Below the pieces are notes generated by a model. It did no database searches and was not told the origin of the DNA. It was given only the letters and a program-made list of their open reading frames with translations. A program made the position numbers and the translations under genes. From the NCBI RefSeq assembly GCF_004010195.1, contig NC_057751.1, forward strand, positions 11,828,402 to 11,869,399: a stretch of DNA of 40,998 bases, given 5' to 3'. Source of the stretch: Chiloscyllium plagiosum. Taxonomy: Eukaryota. This document shows, in pieces, positions 9,057 through 21,571 of this stretch (position 1 is the first letter of the stretch; each line of letters begins with the position of its first letter).

Positions 9057-12000
9057 CATGTTAAACTTTCCGTAGTGTTAGGTGAAGGGGTAAATGTACG
9101 GGAATGGGTCTGGGTGGGTTGCTCTTCGGAGGGTCGGTGTGGACTTGTTGGGCCAAAGGGCCTGTTCACACTGTAAGTAATCTAATCTAATCCCTCCTTG
9201 AAGGAGGTAACCAATATTACACACCACAATCCAGATGCAGTCCTACCAGTGCTATATACCTCAAGCATAACATCCCTACTTATTCTTCTTGCAATAAAAA
9301 AATTATTTTAATTTTCCAACTTATTTGCTGTACCTGCATATCTTTCATGCACGAAGGCACCCAAATCCCTCTGCATCTCAAACATCTGTAGTCTGTCACC
9401 ATTTAGATAATGCAAAAAATATTTTCTTCCTGGCCACTCCTGTAACTTATGATTGACAGTTGTTTTGGTGTTTGTACAATAACTGTGCTTTCAAATGAAA
9501 AAGAAAATAATTATTTCTCAATCATTATATCAATTAAAATGCACTTTTTAGTGTCCGTTTAGGTACCACTTTGTGTGCTGTCAGCTCAACAAATCGATAA
9601 TAGGCATTACTGAGCTGAGAAGAACTGCTCCTTAAAAATACTCCCCAGCGTACATATTATTGCTAATTATGTGGCAGCTACCAAGTAGATTTCCACAAAG
9701 TAGGTGTGGACTCTTCCTGTTGCAGAGGTACACAGGAATAATTTGCTATCCAGCCACACCAATCTGTAGAGATATACAATCATCTGCTGTTCAGCCACAC
9801 AGACGTATCTTGCTGAATGTACAGGCATAAAAAAATTTTGAATACTGCATAACATTTGAAATGCTTGGCTGAACCTTATCATATTTTAATAAATTGTCAA
9901 TTTCTTTGAGTTTCAAGGGTTTCTCTCCATCAGGCCCAGAGGGATTTCACACCATGTCATCTTAAAATTTGCTCATTAATCACCCACTGCACTGACATTC
10001 CTCACACCTGATGACAGTCTGGATGGTGAGATAAGAAGCTTTGTATTAATTAGACTTGCAGTTAATGAGACTATTAACAAGGAAAAAAAGCCCCTTCATT
10101 AGTAGGCATCCCATCACTGTCTAGTGAGAATCTCAACCCAGGAATTCTGTTTGAAAATGTGACAAGTTCCTCCCCATTGCTCAGGTCTCACTTGACTTCT
10201 CACACAATTCTCCCAGATTTCCTATTATAGTTTATGTTGTTCAGAGTCCTATAAGATTCTGCCTGTGAAGGTTAACATAAAATGAAATGAATGCTAATTG
10301 GTCATTTAACTACCACAAACTATTCTGACATTAAGTGAAATCATGGATAATCTTTGACCTATCATTACCTTTATTTTGAATCCATTAAACCTTCTGACTA
10401 ATAAAAGTCTCTCAATTTTATTTTTAGAAATAATTAATCAATTTTTAGAATTAATTCACCTTTTGCGTGAAGGCTTCCCTAAATTCACTGCTGAAAGGTC
10501 TGGCTTCACTTTGTGACCATTTTCCTCAGTCCCAGATGCTCTTAGATTATAAGAATAGCTTCTTTCTGTCTACCTTGTTTGTTCTCATTCAGAGCTTGAA
10601 ATATTTGATTAAATCAAATAATTTAACATGCAATTTCATTCAGAACTTGTATAATACAAAAAAAGTCTACTCACACTTGTGTGAGTTCTGCTGAAGAAAT
10701 GTGCATAGAGTGCTGGAGATCTTAATTGTCAAATAATTTAATTATACCTCCTCAAATACATCTATTCCAATTGAAATAATAATGTGACTTGCCATGGCAA
10801 TCTGGTGTCTGCATTTAAATGCTTCTTTTTGTCATAATCCATTTCATATCTAATTAGCCATCCAGTTACCAGGAGGAAAAAGCTAAAAGTGCATGTGCCA
10901 GTATAATTTATTGATCTGCCCAAAAACATTGGGTCTATTATCAGAACAACAACTGGTACAAGCTTCCTTCTTGCTTTCTCTTGCCTAAAGCCTGGAGAAA
11001 CAAACCCAGTGTTTAAACTCTGTTGTTTTAAATGTGTGTAGAATGATGATGTCTATCTTTTCATCTCCCACAGTATATATTACCCTTGAAAATACCATTT
11101 TGAGCAGGAGGTTAAAGATAAAATAAAGCCTGAGAAGTTTTTCAGAAGTTATTTAATTAATAGATGAATACAAATAATTTCCTTTGAATTCAGGCAGCCA
11201 AACACAGATTTGGAGTACTCTCACTTGATAATTATTTTGCTGAAATAGTCATCTAGTCCACTCAATTAATGGTCCTGTAAAAAGAGTTCAATCCCAGCAA
11301 GTCAGCGCATTAAATTTAAGTTCAATGCATTAAATAAATCTGGAATCAAAATCTAGCATCAATAATAGTGTAATTATAGGATTGACATGAAAAACCCCAT
11401 CAAGTTCACTCGTGTGTTTCAGAGAAGGAAATTTGCTCCCATCACCTGATCTGTGACTCCTGACACACAGCAATGTGATTGATTGTTAAGCGTCCTCTGA
11501 AACAGTGCAGCAATGTATTCAGTTATATTGAAGCAGGGAATATCACAACCCAACAATTCAGGTTGGGTGAAAAAGATTGAGTTTGCCAGCAATATTCCCT
11601 CCGGTTTCCGATAGCTGTTTTGGCTCCTTTGTTGTGCCTGGCTACACATATGCATGCCTTCCTGTGTATTATCTAGTTGTACCCTGCAAAATCAATTCTG
11701 GATTGCAGCACATCAGAGCAACTTAGAAAGAATTTTGTTTGCTCGGGACGTCCACATCAGATGAAAAAATTGTAAGAAAAACAACAGAGCAGAATGCTGA
11801 TGTAGGACAACTGGCCATTGTCCTGGAGCTAATCTTGATCCAATTCTGTTAAATTATTTAACTGACCGTGACAAGGGCTTTGTTGGGAAAGATACAACAG
11901 CTGTTTCACTTATCCAGTCATCAAGATTACCCATATTGCTTTTAGTACAAATCCAGTAATATTAAAGGACACCTTTTTTTTCTGATCTTAAAAGTGGATC

Positions 12001-12441
12001 CATTTCCCAGTATGCCTTTTAAATACTGTAACATGTAGAAAATAATACATAAAGTTGAAAAATGAACAGAAAATAGAAGTGAAAACTATTGTGGTATTTT
12101 AACCATATATTCACACAGATCCCTGAGAAGGGAATTATATAAAGCTTTCCTTAAACATGTGAGCATTGCTGGCAAGGCTAACATTTATTGCCCACATTTA
12201 GCTACTCTCAGAAAAACAATGGGCAAAGTTATTTTCTTGAATCACTGATGCCCTTGCAATCATTTGATCAGCAACAATGAAGGAACAGCGAAACATTCCA
12301 AATAAGGATGGTGCATGAATTGCAGTCAAACTCGAAGGTGGTAGTGTTCCCACGGAACTGCTCCACTTGCCCCTCCATTCGGTCATGGTTGGAGACTTGT
12401 GAGGTGCTGACGAAATAATGTTGGAAAGCTGCCAGAGTGAC

Positions 12442-13830
12442 TGTAATGAGGTCAGCCAGGTGGACCTCCTAGAAACTGAGTTCCCCAACTGAGGCTGTTA
12501 ATCTGGTCCAATCAGGGACCCCTGGCTGAAAGAGAAAGAATGAGTGTCAAGGATACTGACATGCTGGTGCCTCTGTGTGAAGCAGAACTCATCAAGGACT
12601 GCTCATGTATAAATAAAGGGAGACTTGGTGATGGGATACCAGTCTTTGTCGAGTTATTTCAGTGGCAACAAGAGTAAAACATAACACTGAAAAAGCTCAC
12701 TCGCAACAGTTGTCTTTGAGCTGGAGCAAGCATTTATTGCAATACGCCTTTGTTTGGGAAGCTTGACTTGTTTGACCCTGCTGTTGCTGACTGGGCCCAG
12801 TAGGTCGAAAAATGTGTTATGTTTTCTGGACAAACAAGATTTTCACAGACTAAAAAGAATGAGTAATTCTCCTGACAGCCTGTGGAGCAGCAACCTTTTC
12901 TGTCACCAGGAGCCTAATGTTCCCTGAGGCACGAGGTACCAAAACCTTTCAAAAATTGTTGGACATTGTGAAAAGGTATTATGACCCAAGCCTCCTCTAA
13001 TTCTGAGATGTTATCGCTTTAACAAAGCAATTTCAGAACCACAGGAATCCATTTTTGGACGTTTGGCTTGATTAAGACAATCGGCAGAAACCTGTGAGTC
13101 TCTTTTAACCCTTCATTAGATGCTTCAAAGTTATCTGGTATATGGGAGTAATGATGTAAATGTGCAAACAATGTGCAAATGTACTAGCTGAATCCCAAAT
13201 GGACTTCAAACTGGCACTACAGCTGGCATTATCATTGGAAAATGTAGCAAGTGAAGCATATGGGTTGCAGGGTATTCTGATTGAAATGGACACTCTTGCC
13301 AGTCCAACTCAGCTTGCTTAACACCACTTTAGTGCAAGCAATTGCAAAGCCTCACTCAGGACAGAAACTGATCAGAGGGACTCTAGGCCAGCCCACAGCA
13401 AAACTCCAAAACAGAGCCAAGCCTCTGCCAAATGTTTAAAATTTTCTTCAGGATCCGGGCTGGCAAGACATTGTAGTTGTTGCCGTAGACTTGAGACAGT
13501 GAAAGAGTAACTCATAGGCTGGTTAGATGGTCACCGTTTCCAATGGACATCGACAACGGCATAGCAGAAACAAATTTTAATAAAGTTCACTCTGGATTCC
13601 AGTGCTTAACTTTGCGAGGTCGATGACTGATACTGGTGAAGCTTTGCAGATTAAGAGTACAACTTTGGTTCCAGTCTCTTTTGAAAAGCAGTGGCTTCAG
13701 TTACCAACAATTCTAGTAAAACGTTCTGGCCCAAACTTGATGGACAGAATTGGCTGTGAGAGATTCACCTAGATTGGCTCAACATTTATCAATTAGAAAA
13801 CTGCTGCCTCAATGAAGTCATTAAATACCC
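12442..13830 (+). mobile_element. Gypsy/Ty3 LTR retrotransposon remnant: 5' LTR (12442-12661), PBS, decayed gag and protease
   Basis: TG...CA-bounded LTR with AATAAA; PBS-like TGGCAACAAG at 12663; gag PLFGKLDLFDPAVADWAQ*VE...ILLTACGAATF...LLDIVKRYYDP; protease-like MDIDNG near 13543. Confidence 0.85.
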
Positions 13831-13990
13831 AGACCCACCCCTCTCCCTCTACTTACTTCTGGGCTCCCCTCCCTCTTCCCAGTCCTGCCGAAGGGTTTCT
13901 GCCTGAAACATTGACTTTCCTGCTCCTTAGATGCTGTCTGACTTGCTGTGCTTTTCCAGTCGAACATCTATTGACTCTGACTTCCAGCCT
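13830..13990 (+). mobile_element. PLE family A terminal-repeat remnant
   Basis: CCTGCCGAAGGGTTTCTGCCTGAAACATTGAC...GATGCTGTCTGACTTGCTGTGCTTTTCCAG matches other family A right arms. Confidence 0.75.
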
Positions 13991-16378
13991 CTGCGGGATC
14001 ATTTCAGCTGCTACAGTGCATCTTGTAGATAGTACAACTGAGGCAATGGGAGTGAATATTAGAGCTGATGGATGGGTGTGCCAAATAATTGGATTGCTTT
14101 GTCCTCGATGTCCATTCTCTTGAGCATTGTTGGATCTGCATTCATGCGGAATACAGAATACTCCATGTTACTCCTTTGGAGATAGTGGGACGGCTTTTGG
14201 CATTGAGCTGAGCCATCTGTTTGTGCATTAAAACATAATAAACCTTTTACTTAATATCAGACCAAGCCCAAGTCGTGTCGGCAAATACAAACTGCTTTGT
14301 TATCTGAGGAATTGAAAAGGATACTGAACACTCTGGCAATCATTAGCAAACATCCTACTTCCAACCTACTCTATAATATTAAACAGACCCAAACACTGTG
14401 CAAAAATAAGGAAGTGACTAAAAAACCAAGACAAAATAACAATGCTTATTGAAAATAAAAAATGCATATTACTATATAACTACTGTCTATTAACTACTAA
14501 CCTACCCCATAATATGAAACAAAACCAAACACTGTGCAAAAATAAGTAAGTGACTAATAAAACAAGAAAAAAAAACAACAACAGAACACACAAGACAAAA
14601 TAATAATGCTTGGCGCAACACTCCCAAACAAAAAATGGGAGCGTTGTATATATACCTATATTAACTCAGGACTCCCCTCCCCAGAGCCCAGGGTTCAGCA
14701 AACCTAACTGTTCTGATTAAATGAATGCCCTAGTGAAGATAGTAGACAGATCTGTGTCCAAATAACTCAAAAAAGGCTGCCATGTCTTATAAAAATGGTC
14801 TGTTGAGTGATGCATCATATTTGTGAAAAATCCAAGGGAATGTGCTCCATAATTAGTTTCTGCCATCCCAGCAAGCCTGGTGGGTTCTCAGACACCGAAT
14901 TCATCAGAATATTCTTCCGTGCACAGTAAGTAAGAAGATTAAATAGTTTCTTCCCATGCCCATCTAAAGATGATACATTCAGTAGACCTAGGAGGAGAGA
15001 TATCATGTCTATTTTAACTTCGGTCTCAACACTATCCCCATCTTTCCCATCACAGTGCTCCAATAAACATGGAGCTTGTAGCATGGCCAGAAGCAATGGG
15101 TAAGAATACGTCCACTTATTTTACATTTGGGACATGTTGGAGATGTCTCATTTTTAAACTTTGTCAGACAGTTCGGAGCCAAATGAACCCTGTGCAGAAT
15201 GTCTAACTGCATAGCGCATGTCCTATTACAGATTGAGATCTTGCGCACGTTCTTCCATATGACCTCCCACGTTTCAGAAGAGATCTTCACTCTAGCTTTT
15301 GCTCCCAAACCTCACATAACCAGTTAATATCCTGCCAAGCCCTACCAACCTGCAGGCAATAGATGGCAATAACCAAGATGGTGAGTGTGGAACATAGCAA
15401 CAACCTCTCTGTATAAGGCTTATAGGGCTCAGTGAGAAGCGTAGTCTTCTTCTGGATGAAATCCATAACCTGAAAAAAATGGAAAAAGGTCTCTGCTGGG
15501 CAGCCCGTGTTTACAGCTCAATTGCTTGAAAGACATCATAACCACCCCCTCAAACAAGTCTCCCAAACTGGAAACTCCTCTTGTTTGTCCATAGTTTGAA
15601 CCCTGAGTCCATCATCCCTGGTTGGAACCCTGGCATACCAACTGTGGGAGTGAGTGGTGAAGTCTTGGATAAGCAACCCTCACTCTGACGCATCGCCTTC
15701 CATGCCTTGACCGCACTAATAACAATGGGGTTCCGGCAGTGGTCCATAACTGTCCTCATCTTATCCATGAACAACATGTTAATAAGAGGGCACTTTGCCT
15801 GGGAGGCCTCGATATTGAGCTCAGATCGTTACCTGTCTAATCGCATACAAAGGATGGCAGGGAACTCAACTGATACCTCCTGATGTCTGGGAAATCAACT
15901 CCTTCCCATCATTGAAGCAACTGCAATTTACTAAAGTTTGTGCGAAGATTTGTAGCTCGGGTGCTCGTTGTTGTGGTTCTGTTCGCAGAGCTGGAAGTTT
16001 TTGTTGCAAACGTTTTGTCCCCTGGCTAGGCGACATCATCAGTGCTTGGGATCCTCCTGCGAAGCTCTTCTTTGATGTTTCCTCCGGTGTTTATAGTGGT
16101 CTGTCCCTGCCGCTTCCGGTTGTCAGTTTCAGCTGTCCGCTGTAGTGGTTGGTATATTGGGTCCAGGTCGATGTGTTTGTTGATGGAGTTTGTGGATGAA
16201 TGCCATGCCATGTGAATGGCATTCATCCACAAACTCCATCAACAAACACATCGACCTGGACCCAATATACCAACCACTACAGCGGACAGCTGAAACTGAC
16301 AACCAGAAGCGGCAGGGACAGACCACTATAAAACATCAAAGAAGCGCTTCACAGGAGGCTCCCAAGCACTGAAGATGT

Positions 16379-17054
16379 NNNNNNNNNNNNNNNNNNNNNN
16401 NNNNNNNNNNNNNNNNNNNNNNNNNNNNNNNNNNNNNNNNNNNNNNNNNNNNNNNNNNNNNNNNNNNNNNNNNNNNNNNNNNNNNNNNNNNNNNNNNNNN
16501 NNNNNNNNNNNNNNNNNNNNNNNNNNNNNNNNNNNNNNNNNNNNNNNNNNNNNNNNNNNNNNNNNNNNNNNNNNNNNNNNNNNNNNNNNNNNNNNNNNNN
16601 NNNNNNNNNNNNNNNNNNNNNNNNNNNNNNNNNNNNNNNNNNNNNNNNNNNNNNNNNNNNNNNNNNNNNNNNNNNNNNNNNNNNNNNNNNNNNNNNNNNN
16701 NNNNNNNNNNNNNNNNNNNNNNNNNNNNNNNNNNNNNNNNNNNNNNNNNNNNNNNNNNNNNNNNNNNNNNNNNNNNNNNNNNNNNNNNNNNNNNNNNNNN
16801 NNNNNNNNNNNNNNNNNNNNNNNNNNNNNNNNNNNNNNNNNNNNNNNNNNNNNNNNNNNNNNNNNNNNNNNNNNNNNNNNNNNNNNNNNNNNNNNNNNNN
16901 NNNNNNNNNNNNNNNNNNNNNNNNNNNNNNNNNNNNNNNNNNNNNNNNNNNNNNNNNNNNNNNNNNNNNNNNNNNNNNNNNNNNNNNNNNNNNNNNNNNN
17001 NNNNNNNNNNNNNNNNNNNNNNNNNNNNNNNNNNNNNNNNNNNNNNNNNNNNNN
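16379..17054. other. Assembly gap (N run)
   Basis: 676 consecutive N. Confidence 1.
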
Positions 17055-17426
17055 AAACACTATATAGTACAAACAGGAAGACAGCTAACAATCCGCATAC
17101 ATGAACATCAACTAGCCACGAAACGACACGACCAGCTATCCTTAGTAGCCACACACGCAGACAACAAGCAACATGAATTCGACTGGGACAACACTACTAT
17201 CATAGGGCAAGCCAGACAGAGAACAGCCAGGGAATTCCTAGAGGCATGGCATTCATCCACAAACTCCATCAACAAACACATCGACCTGGACCCAATATAC
17301 CAACCACTACAGCGGACAGCTGAAACTGACAACCGGAAGCGGCAGGGACAGACCACTATAAACACCGGAGGAAACATCAAAGAAGAGCTTTGCAGGAGGC
17401 TCCCAAGCACTGATGATGTCGCCTAG
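17055..17426 (+). CDS. PLE ORF C-terminus, GIY-YIG endonuclease (partial; 5' part lies in the gap)
   Basis: Open frame KHYIVQTGRQLTIRIHEHQLATKRHDQLSLVATHAD..HEFDWDNTTIIGQARQRTAREFLEAWHS..SINKHIDLDPIYQPL...DDVA*; the YIG motif reads YIV. Confidence 0.88.
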   Translation, partial: KHYIVQTGRQLTIRIHEHQLATKRHDQLSLVATHADNKQHEFDWDNTTIIGQARQRTAREFLEAWHSSTNSINKHIDLDPIYQPLQRTAETDNRKRQGQTTINTGGNIKEELCRRLPSTDDVA

Positions 17427-17446
17427 CCAGGGGACGAAATGTTTGC
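17407..17446 (+). ncRNA. Minimal hammerhead ribozyme motif in the Poseidon-like terminal repeat
   Basis: GCA CTGATGA T GTC-G-CCT-AGCC-AGG-G-GAC GAAAT GTT TGC, stem I GCA/TGC; second copy on minus at 16006-16045, third truncated by the gap at 16366-16378. Confidence 0.7.
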
Positions 17447-17651
17447 AACAAAAACTTCCAGCTCTGCGAACAGAACTGCAATTTACTAAGTTTGATGAGG
17501 GCTGCCCACAACGCCAGACAAAGGAACTAAACCAACCTATAAGTTTTTTGCAACAAAAACTTCCAGCTCTGCGAACAGAACTGCAATTTACTAAGTTTGA
17601 TGAGGGCTGCCCACAACGCCAGACAAAGGAACTAAACCAACCTATAAGTTT
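17442..17651. repeat. Exact 105-bp tandem duplication
   Basis: 17442-17546 is repeated at 17547-17651. Confidence 0.95.
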
Positions 17652-20600
17652 CCGCAGCGTTGACCTGGGAAATGTTACAGCGAGCTTGGGATAAAGTGAA
17701 CAAGGGAGGACATTCATCTTGATGAGGGCTATTTGGCCTAACCATGGAATTGGAAGAGCATCCCATCTCTGGAGATCCCGCCTAATATTGTCGAGCAGGT
17801 AAGCAAAATTAATCCAAAATAACCGATCAAACATGGGGGTAATAAAGATGCCTAGGTATCGGAAACCCACCCATGACTACTTAAAGGGGAACCTAGGGCC
17901 ACCTTCAACCTTTGGCACTTCCTTGAGATTCCCCACAGGCATAGCCTCTGATTTTGCAAAGTTGATCTTATATCCTGAAATAGCCCCAAATGACTTAATA
18001 CATTGTATCAGATGGTGTACAGAGGTCATCAGGTCCGATAAAACCAGAAAGACATTGTCCGCATACAGTGTAATCTTACCTCGATCCCACTTCTGCAGCG
18101 GTTATGAGGACATTCTGACGAATGGCCTCTGCCAGCAGCTCTATCGCCAACGTAAACAACAACGGTGAGAGGGGGCAGCCTTGACGACTACCCCTGTCAA
18201 TCCTAAAGTTCCCAGACCGCAGCCAGAGGGTGGCGATATAAAACCCCCACCCACCTAGCAAAGACCTCACCCATCCCAAACCGCTCTAAGACATAAAAGA
18301 GATACGGCCATTCCACCCAGTCAAATGCTTTCTCTGCATCTAAGGAAATCACCAACCCCTGGTTCGATCGTTGCTGACATGCTTGGATCATATTCAACAA
18401 CCTTCTAATATTATTAGAGGACCTACGGCCCATTATAAAACCTATCTGGTCCTCTTTGACAATATGGGGCAACACCTTCTCCAATCTCAGCCCCAAAATC
18501 TTAGACAGAGTCTTAAAATCTGAATTTAATAGAGAGACGGGCCTGTCAGAGGCACAATCCTCAGGAACCTTCCCCTTCTTAATAATGAGGGAAATATTAG
18601 CTTCTCTCAAAGATGGTGGGAGGCATTCAAGCATATAGGAGTGATTCTACATTTCCAGCATCTGCCCTGATAGAATTCCTATAACTCCTTATAAAACCCA
18701 CCCGGGACACCATCAGGACCAGGCACTTCCCCCTCTGAAGTTGCCTAGCTGCCTCCTGTATTTCCTGAACTGTCAAGGGGGCATTAAGGAGAGAGGCCTG
18801 TTCCAGGGTTACCCCCAGGAGGTCCAGGCTCTTAAAAAAGGTTTCCATCTTGGCCCTCCTATCCTCGCAACCTTCAGACCGACACAATTCAGAGTAAAAA
18901 CTCTGAAAAGCCTCATTAATCCTTTTGGCATCGTATGTATGGACCCCAGCGCTGTCTCTAACTGCAGTAATGGATTGGGGTGCATGCTTTTTATCTAGTC
19001 AGATAAAAATACTAAATACTTCCCTGACCTATCCCCACACTCAAATATCTTTGTCTCGCAAAAGCAAGTTCTTTCTTTGCAGTTTGTGTAAGTATTGAAT
19101 TCAAGGCAACCTGAAGGGCCATGATCTGCTGTAGCTTGGTCACCGAAGGCCACGTAAAATGTGCCGCCTTGGCGGCTTTCAACCGCATCTCAAGTAGACG
19201 CTGCTGTCATTTCCGGCTAGCCGAATAAGAAATAGCTAATCCCCTAGCAAAGGCCTTAGTGGTCTCCCATAGCATAGACGGACTACTAGCCTTGCCTGAG
19301 TTGATAGTCAAGAACTCCTGAAAGTCTGTCAAAAAGTATTCCACAAATTTGGAATTCTTAAGAAGAAAAGGATTCAGATGCCAGTGCCGCAAACCTAGCC
19401 CTTCACTCTTGGCCTTAACCTCCAAATATACTGCCGCGTGATCAGAGATAGCTATGTTTCCAATTTTACAACCCATAATTGAATCCAGAAGGCTCAAGGG
19501 TGCCAGAAATCCTCATGTGATATTTATGTGGGTTTGAAAAAAAGATGAAGTCCCTGCCAGTAGGGTGAAGACATCTCCAAATGGCCACCAGCCCCAACTC
19601 CTCACATAAATCAGTCAACCTGCTTGGCCTGCGAAGAAATAGTTGGGGGCCCACTAGGCATCCTGTCCACTGTTGGATCCAAAAGGCAACTGAAATCCCC
19701 CCCCCCCCCCTTCCATAATAATGTGCAGTTTTCCAAAGGCACTCAACTTAGAAAAGGCACTAATCAAAACTTTGAGGGGATGCGCCAGACGACAGTAGAC
19801 ATTTAAAATGCCATGTACCTCCCTATGTGTCAGAGCCTTAAGTATCACAATCCACCCCGATCATCTTTCACCTGCTCTTATAATGTGAACTAAAGATTTT
19901 TCCGGATAAGTACTGTCACTCCCCGACTTTTAGTAGTAAAGGATGAAAAGAATACCTGATCAGAACCCCCCTGTTGTAACGTCAGGTGTACACCATCATC
20001 AAGATAGGTTTCCTGCAACAGGGCGATCTCAACTCTTTCCCTCTTAAGGCAAGAAAGCATTTTTTTTCCTTTTAACAGGCAAATGGCTTTCCTTGATGTT
20101 GCAGGTGTACCATTTAACAAGACACTTAGCCATATCCCCTTTCAGAGACCTTTGAACCCCAGGAGGGAGAACCCTGCTTGCAATGTGCCCAGCATAAGTG
20201 AATGGAGACTCAGAGTCACAGAATTGTGTATACAAAAACTACTCTATCATAACTGTAAACAACTATTGCAAGCAAAAAACTGCAAAGAAAACCAACTACA
20301 AAACCCTGAATGGGAGACTGTCCTCCCCTGCCCATGGGGGGGCACTCACCCTACCCATCCCCTTCCTGCACAGCTCCTTCGGGCCTGGTCTGTGCCCCAG
20401 CCTTAGGCAAAAAAAAGTAAATAAACAAGGAGATGATCCTTAAGTTAACAAAAGAAGACAAAGCCAGGTTAAGAACTCCACCCATTCCTGGCTCCATGTC
20501 ACCTCGACCTGTGACTAAAAGAGAAAAAGAACAAAAAGAAGGAAAACAAAGGGCATCCACAAAATTTCCCATGATAAAATCCAGTTACAAAAATTTAATA

Positions 20601-20693
20601 GGAACAACATATTCCAAGATTTTTAAAAAATAATTTTTAGGGAAAGAGTGAAAAAAGGGAAAACACTGGGAAAGAAGGAAAAGAGAACGAACA

Positions 20694-21571
20694 TTAACCT
20701 TTTCCTTCAGGCCAGTTGGTCCATTTTAAAATGTCTGCAAAGTTCTTGGCCGAGTCAAATGTATAAACTGAGTCCTCGTGGCTGAAACGGAGCACCGTGG
20801 GGTACCTCAAGGAGTAATGGATGCCCAGGTTCCTCAGCCTCTTTTTAACCTCATTGAAGGACTTCTTCTTTCAAATCAGCCGAGAAATCCTGGAGAAACC
20901 TGATTTTTGACCCCTTGTGCAGCAAGTCCAGTGGATCTTGCCCCAGTGATCTGGAGGCTTCTATCACTCTTTGCTTGTCCCTGTATGTGAGGAAGTGCAC
21001 TAGGACCGGGTGGGGGCGCTGTACCGGCCCGGACCTGTGCACTGCCACCTGATAAGCCCTTTCAATCTGCAGCCGGCTGGAGTCGATTTGACGGCGCAGG
21101 ACCTATTGCAGCCAGTTTTCAAAGAAGCTGACTGGCTGCCCACCTTCTTCACCCTCCTGGAGCCCAACAATCCGAAGATTGGTCCTCCAACCTCGATTTT
21201 CGAGGTCATCGACCTGGTCTCATAAGCCCCGCACCTCCTGCTCCAGTACCTGGATCCGTCCGAATGAGGACTCCATCGCTGTGGTTCGACCCTCTATCTC
21301 CTCCATCTGCTCCCTGAGGCCCTGGAGCTCCCATTCATGCTTCTGCAGCATAGATGCGATGGGTTGGACCTGGGCAAGGATTTCCTCATGGATCTCCTTA
21401 ATCGCAGCCCCAACCTTCGCGGCAAGTCTCGCTATTGCCACTGCCAATTCCTGTGAGGTCCCCCAGGAGTTCAGGAGAGGCTACCAATGCTGTTGCGGCC
21501 TCTGGTGTGCCTGGTGCTGCAGGGGAGTGTCCTCCTCGCTGCTATTTGCTCGCTCCTTTTTGTTTTGGCAT
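20694..21571 (-). pseudogene. L1 ORF1 (coiled-coil, RRM, CTD), disrupted
   Basis: Heptad-rich LQKHEWELQGLREQMEEIEGR..RIQVLEQEV, then DDLENRGWRTNLRIVGL, PVLVHFLTYRDKQRV, IRFLQDFS, YSLRYP; contains stops and frameshifts. Confidence 0.85.

Larger units (their letters stand above)
8657..9192 (+). mobile_element. HE1-type SINE (tRNA-derived V-SINE) with an internal PLE insertion
   Basis: Head GGTGGCACAGTTGTTAGCACTGCTG...GGTTCGATTCC, central GTGTGAAGTTTGCACATTCTCCC, tail GGCCAAAGGGCCTGTT..CACTGTAAGTAATCTAATCTAATC. Confidence 0.92.
8030..9430 (-). mobile_element. Old CR1 3' fragments, interrupted by the HE1 SINE
   Basis: Similar to the other minus-strand CR1 3' ends in the window (AAGAATCTATCCACCTCTGTCTTAAAA; CCAAATCCCTCTGCA). 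Confidence 0.6.
12160..14366 (-). mobile_element. L2/CR1-superfamily LINE 3' portion in two pieces (about 12160-12435 and 13995-14366), split by Gypsy and PLE insertions
   Basis: 3' tail is the reverse complement of the SINE tail at 6010-6050; a decayed MFADD-like motif (minus ATGTTTGCTAATGA) lies near 14340-14355. Confidence 0.6.
15941..17476 (+). mobile_element. Poseidon-like PLE with inverted 5' arm (15941-16208) and tandem terminal repeats, spanning an assembly gap
   Basis: TSD AACTGCAATTTACTAA(A)GTTTG at 15919-15940 and 17474-17494; the left arm is the reverse complement of about 17242-17476 plus an extra tail; GIY-YIG remnant after the gap. Confidence 0.92.
14717..20133 (-). pseudogene. 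L1 ORF2 (APE endonuclease, RT, Cys-rich C-terminus), disrupted and split by a PLE
   Basis: LLQETYL, SRGV, ISDH (endonuclease); [39 protein letters not shown] (RT); CPKC...LTHCFWPC; YKTWQPFLSYL near the end. Confidence 0.93.

Noticed and set aside
8655..9176. 173-aa ORF and similar short ORFs over SINE or PLE copies
   Set aside because: Chance frames through HE1 SINE and PLE terminal-repeat sequence.
16326..17154. Long ORFs of 230-272 aa
   Set aside because: They are runs of X across the assembly gap.
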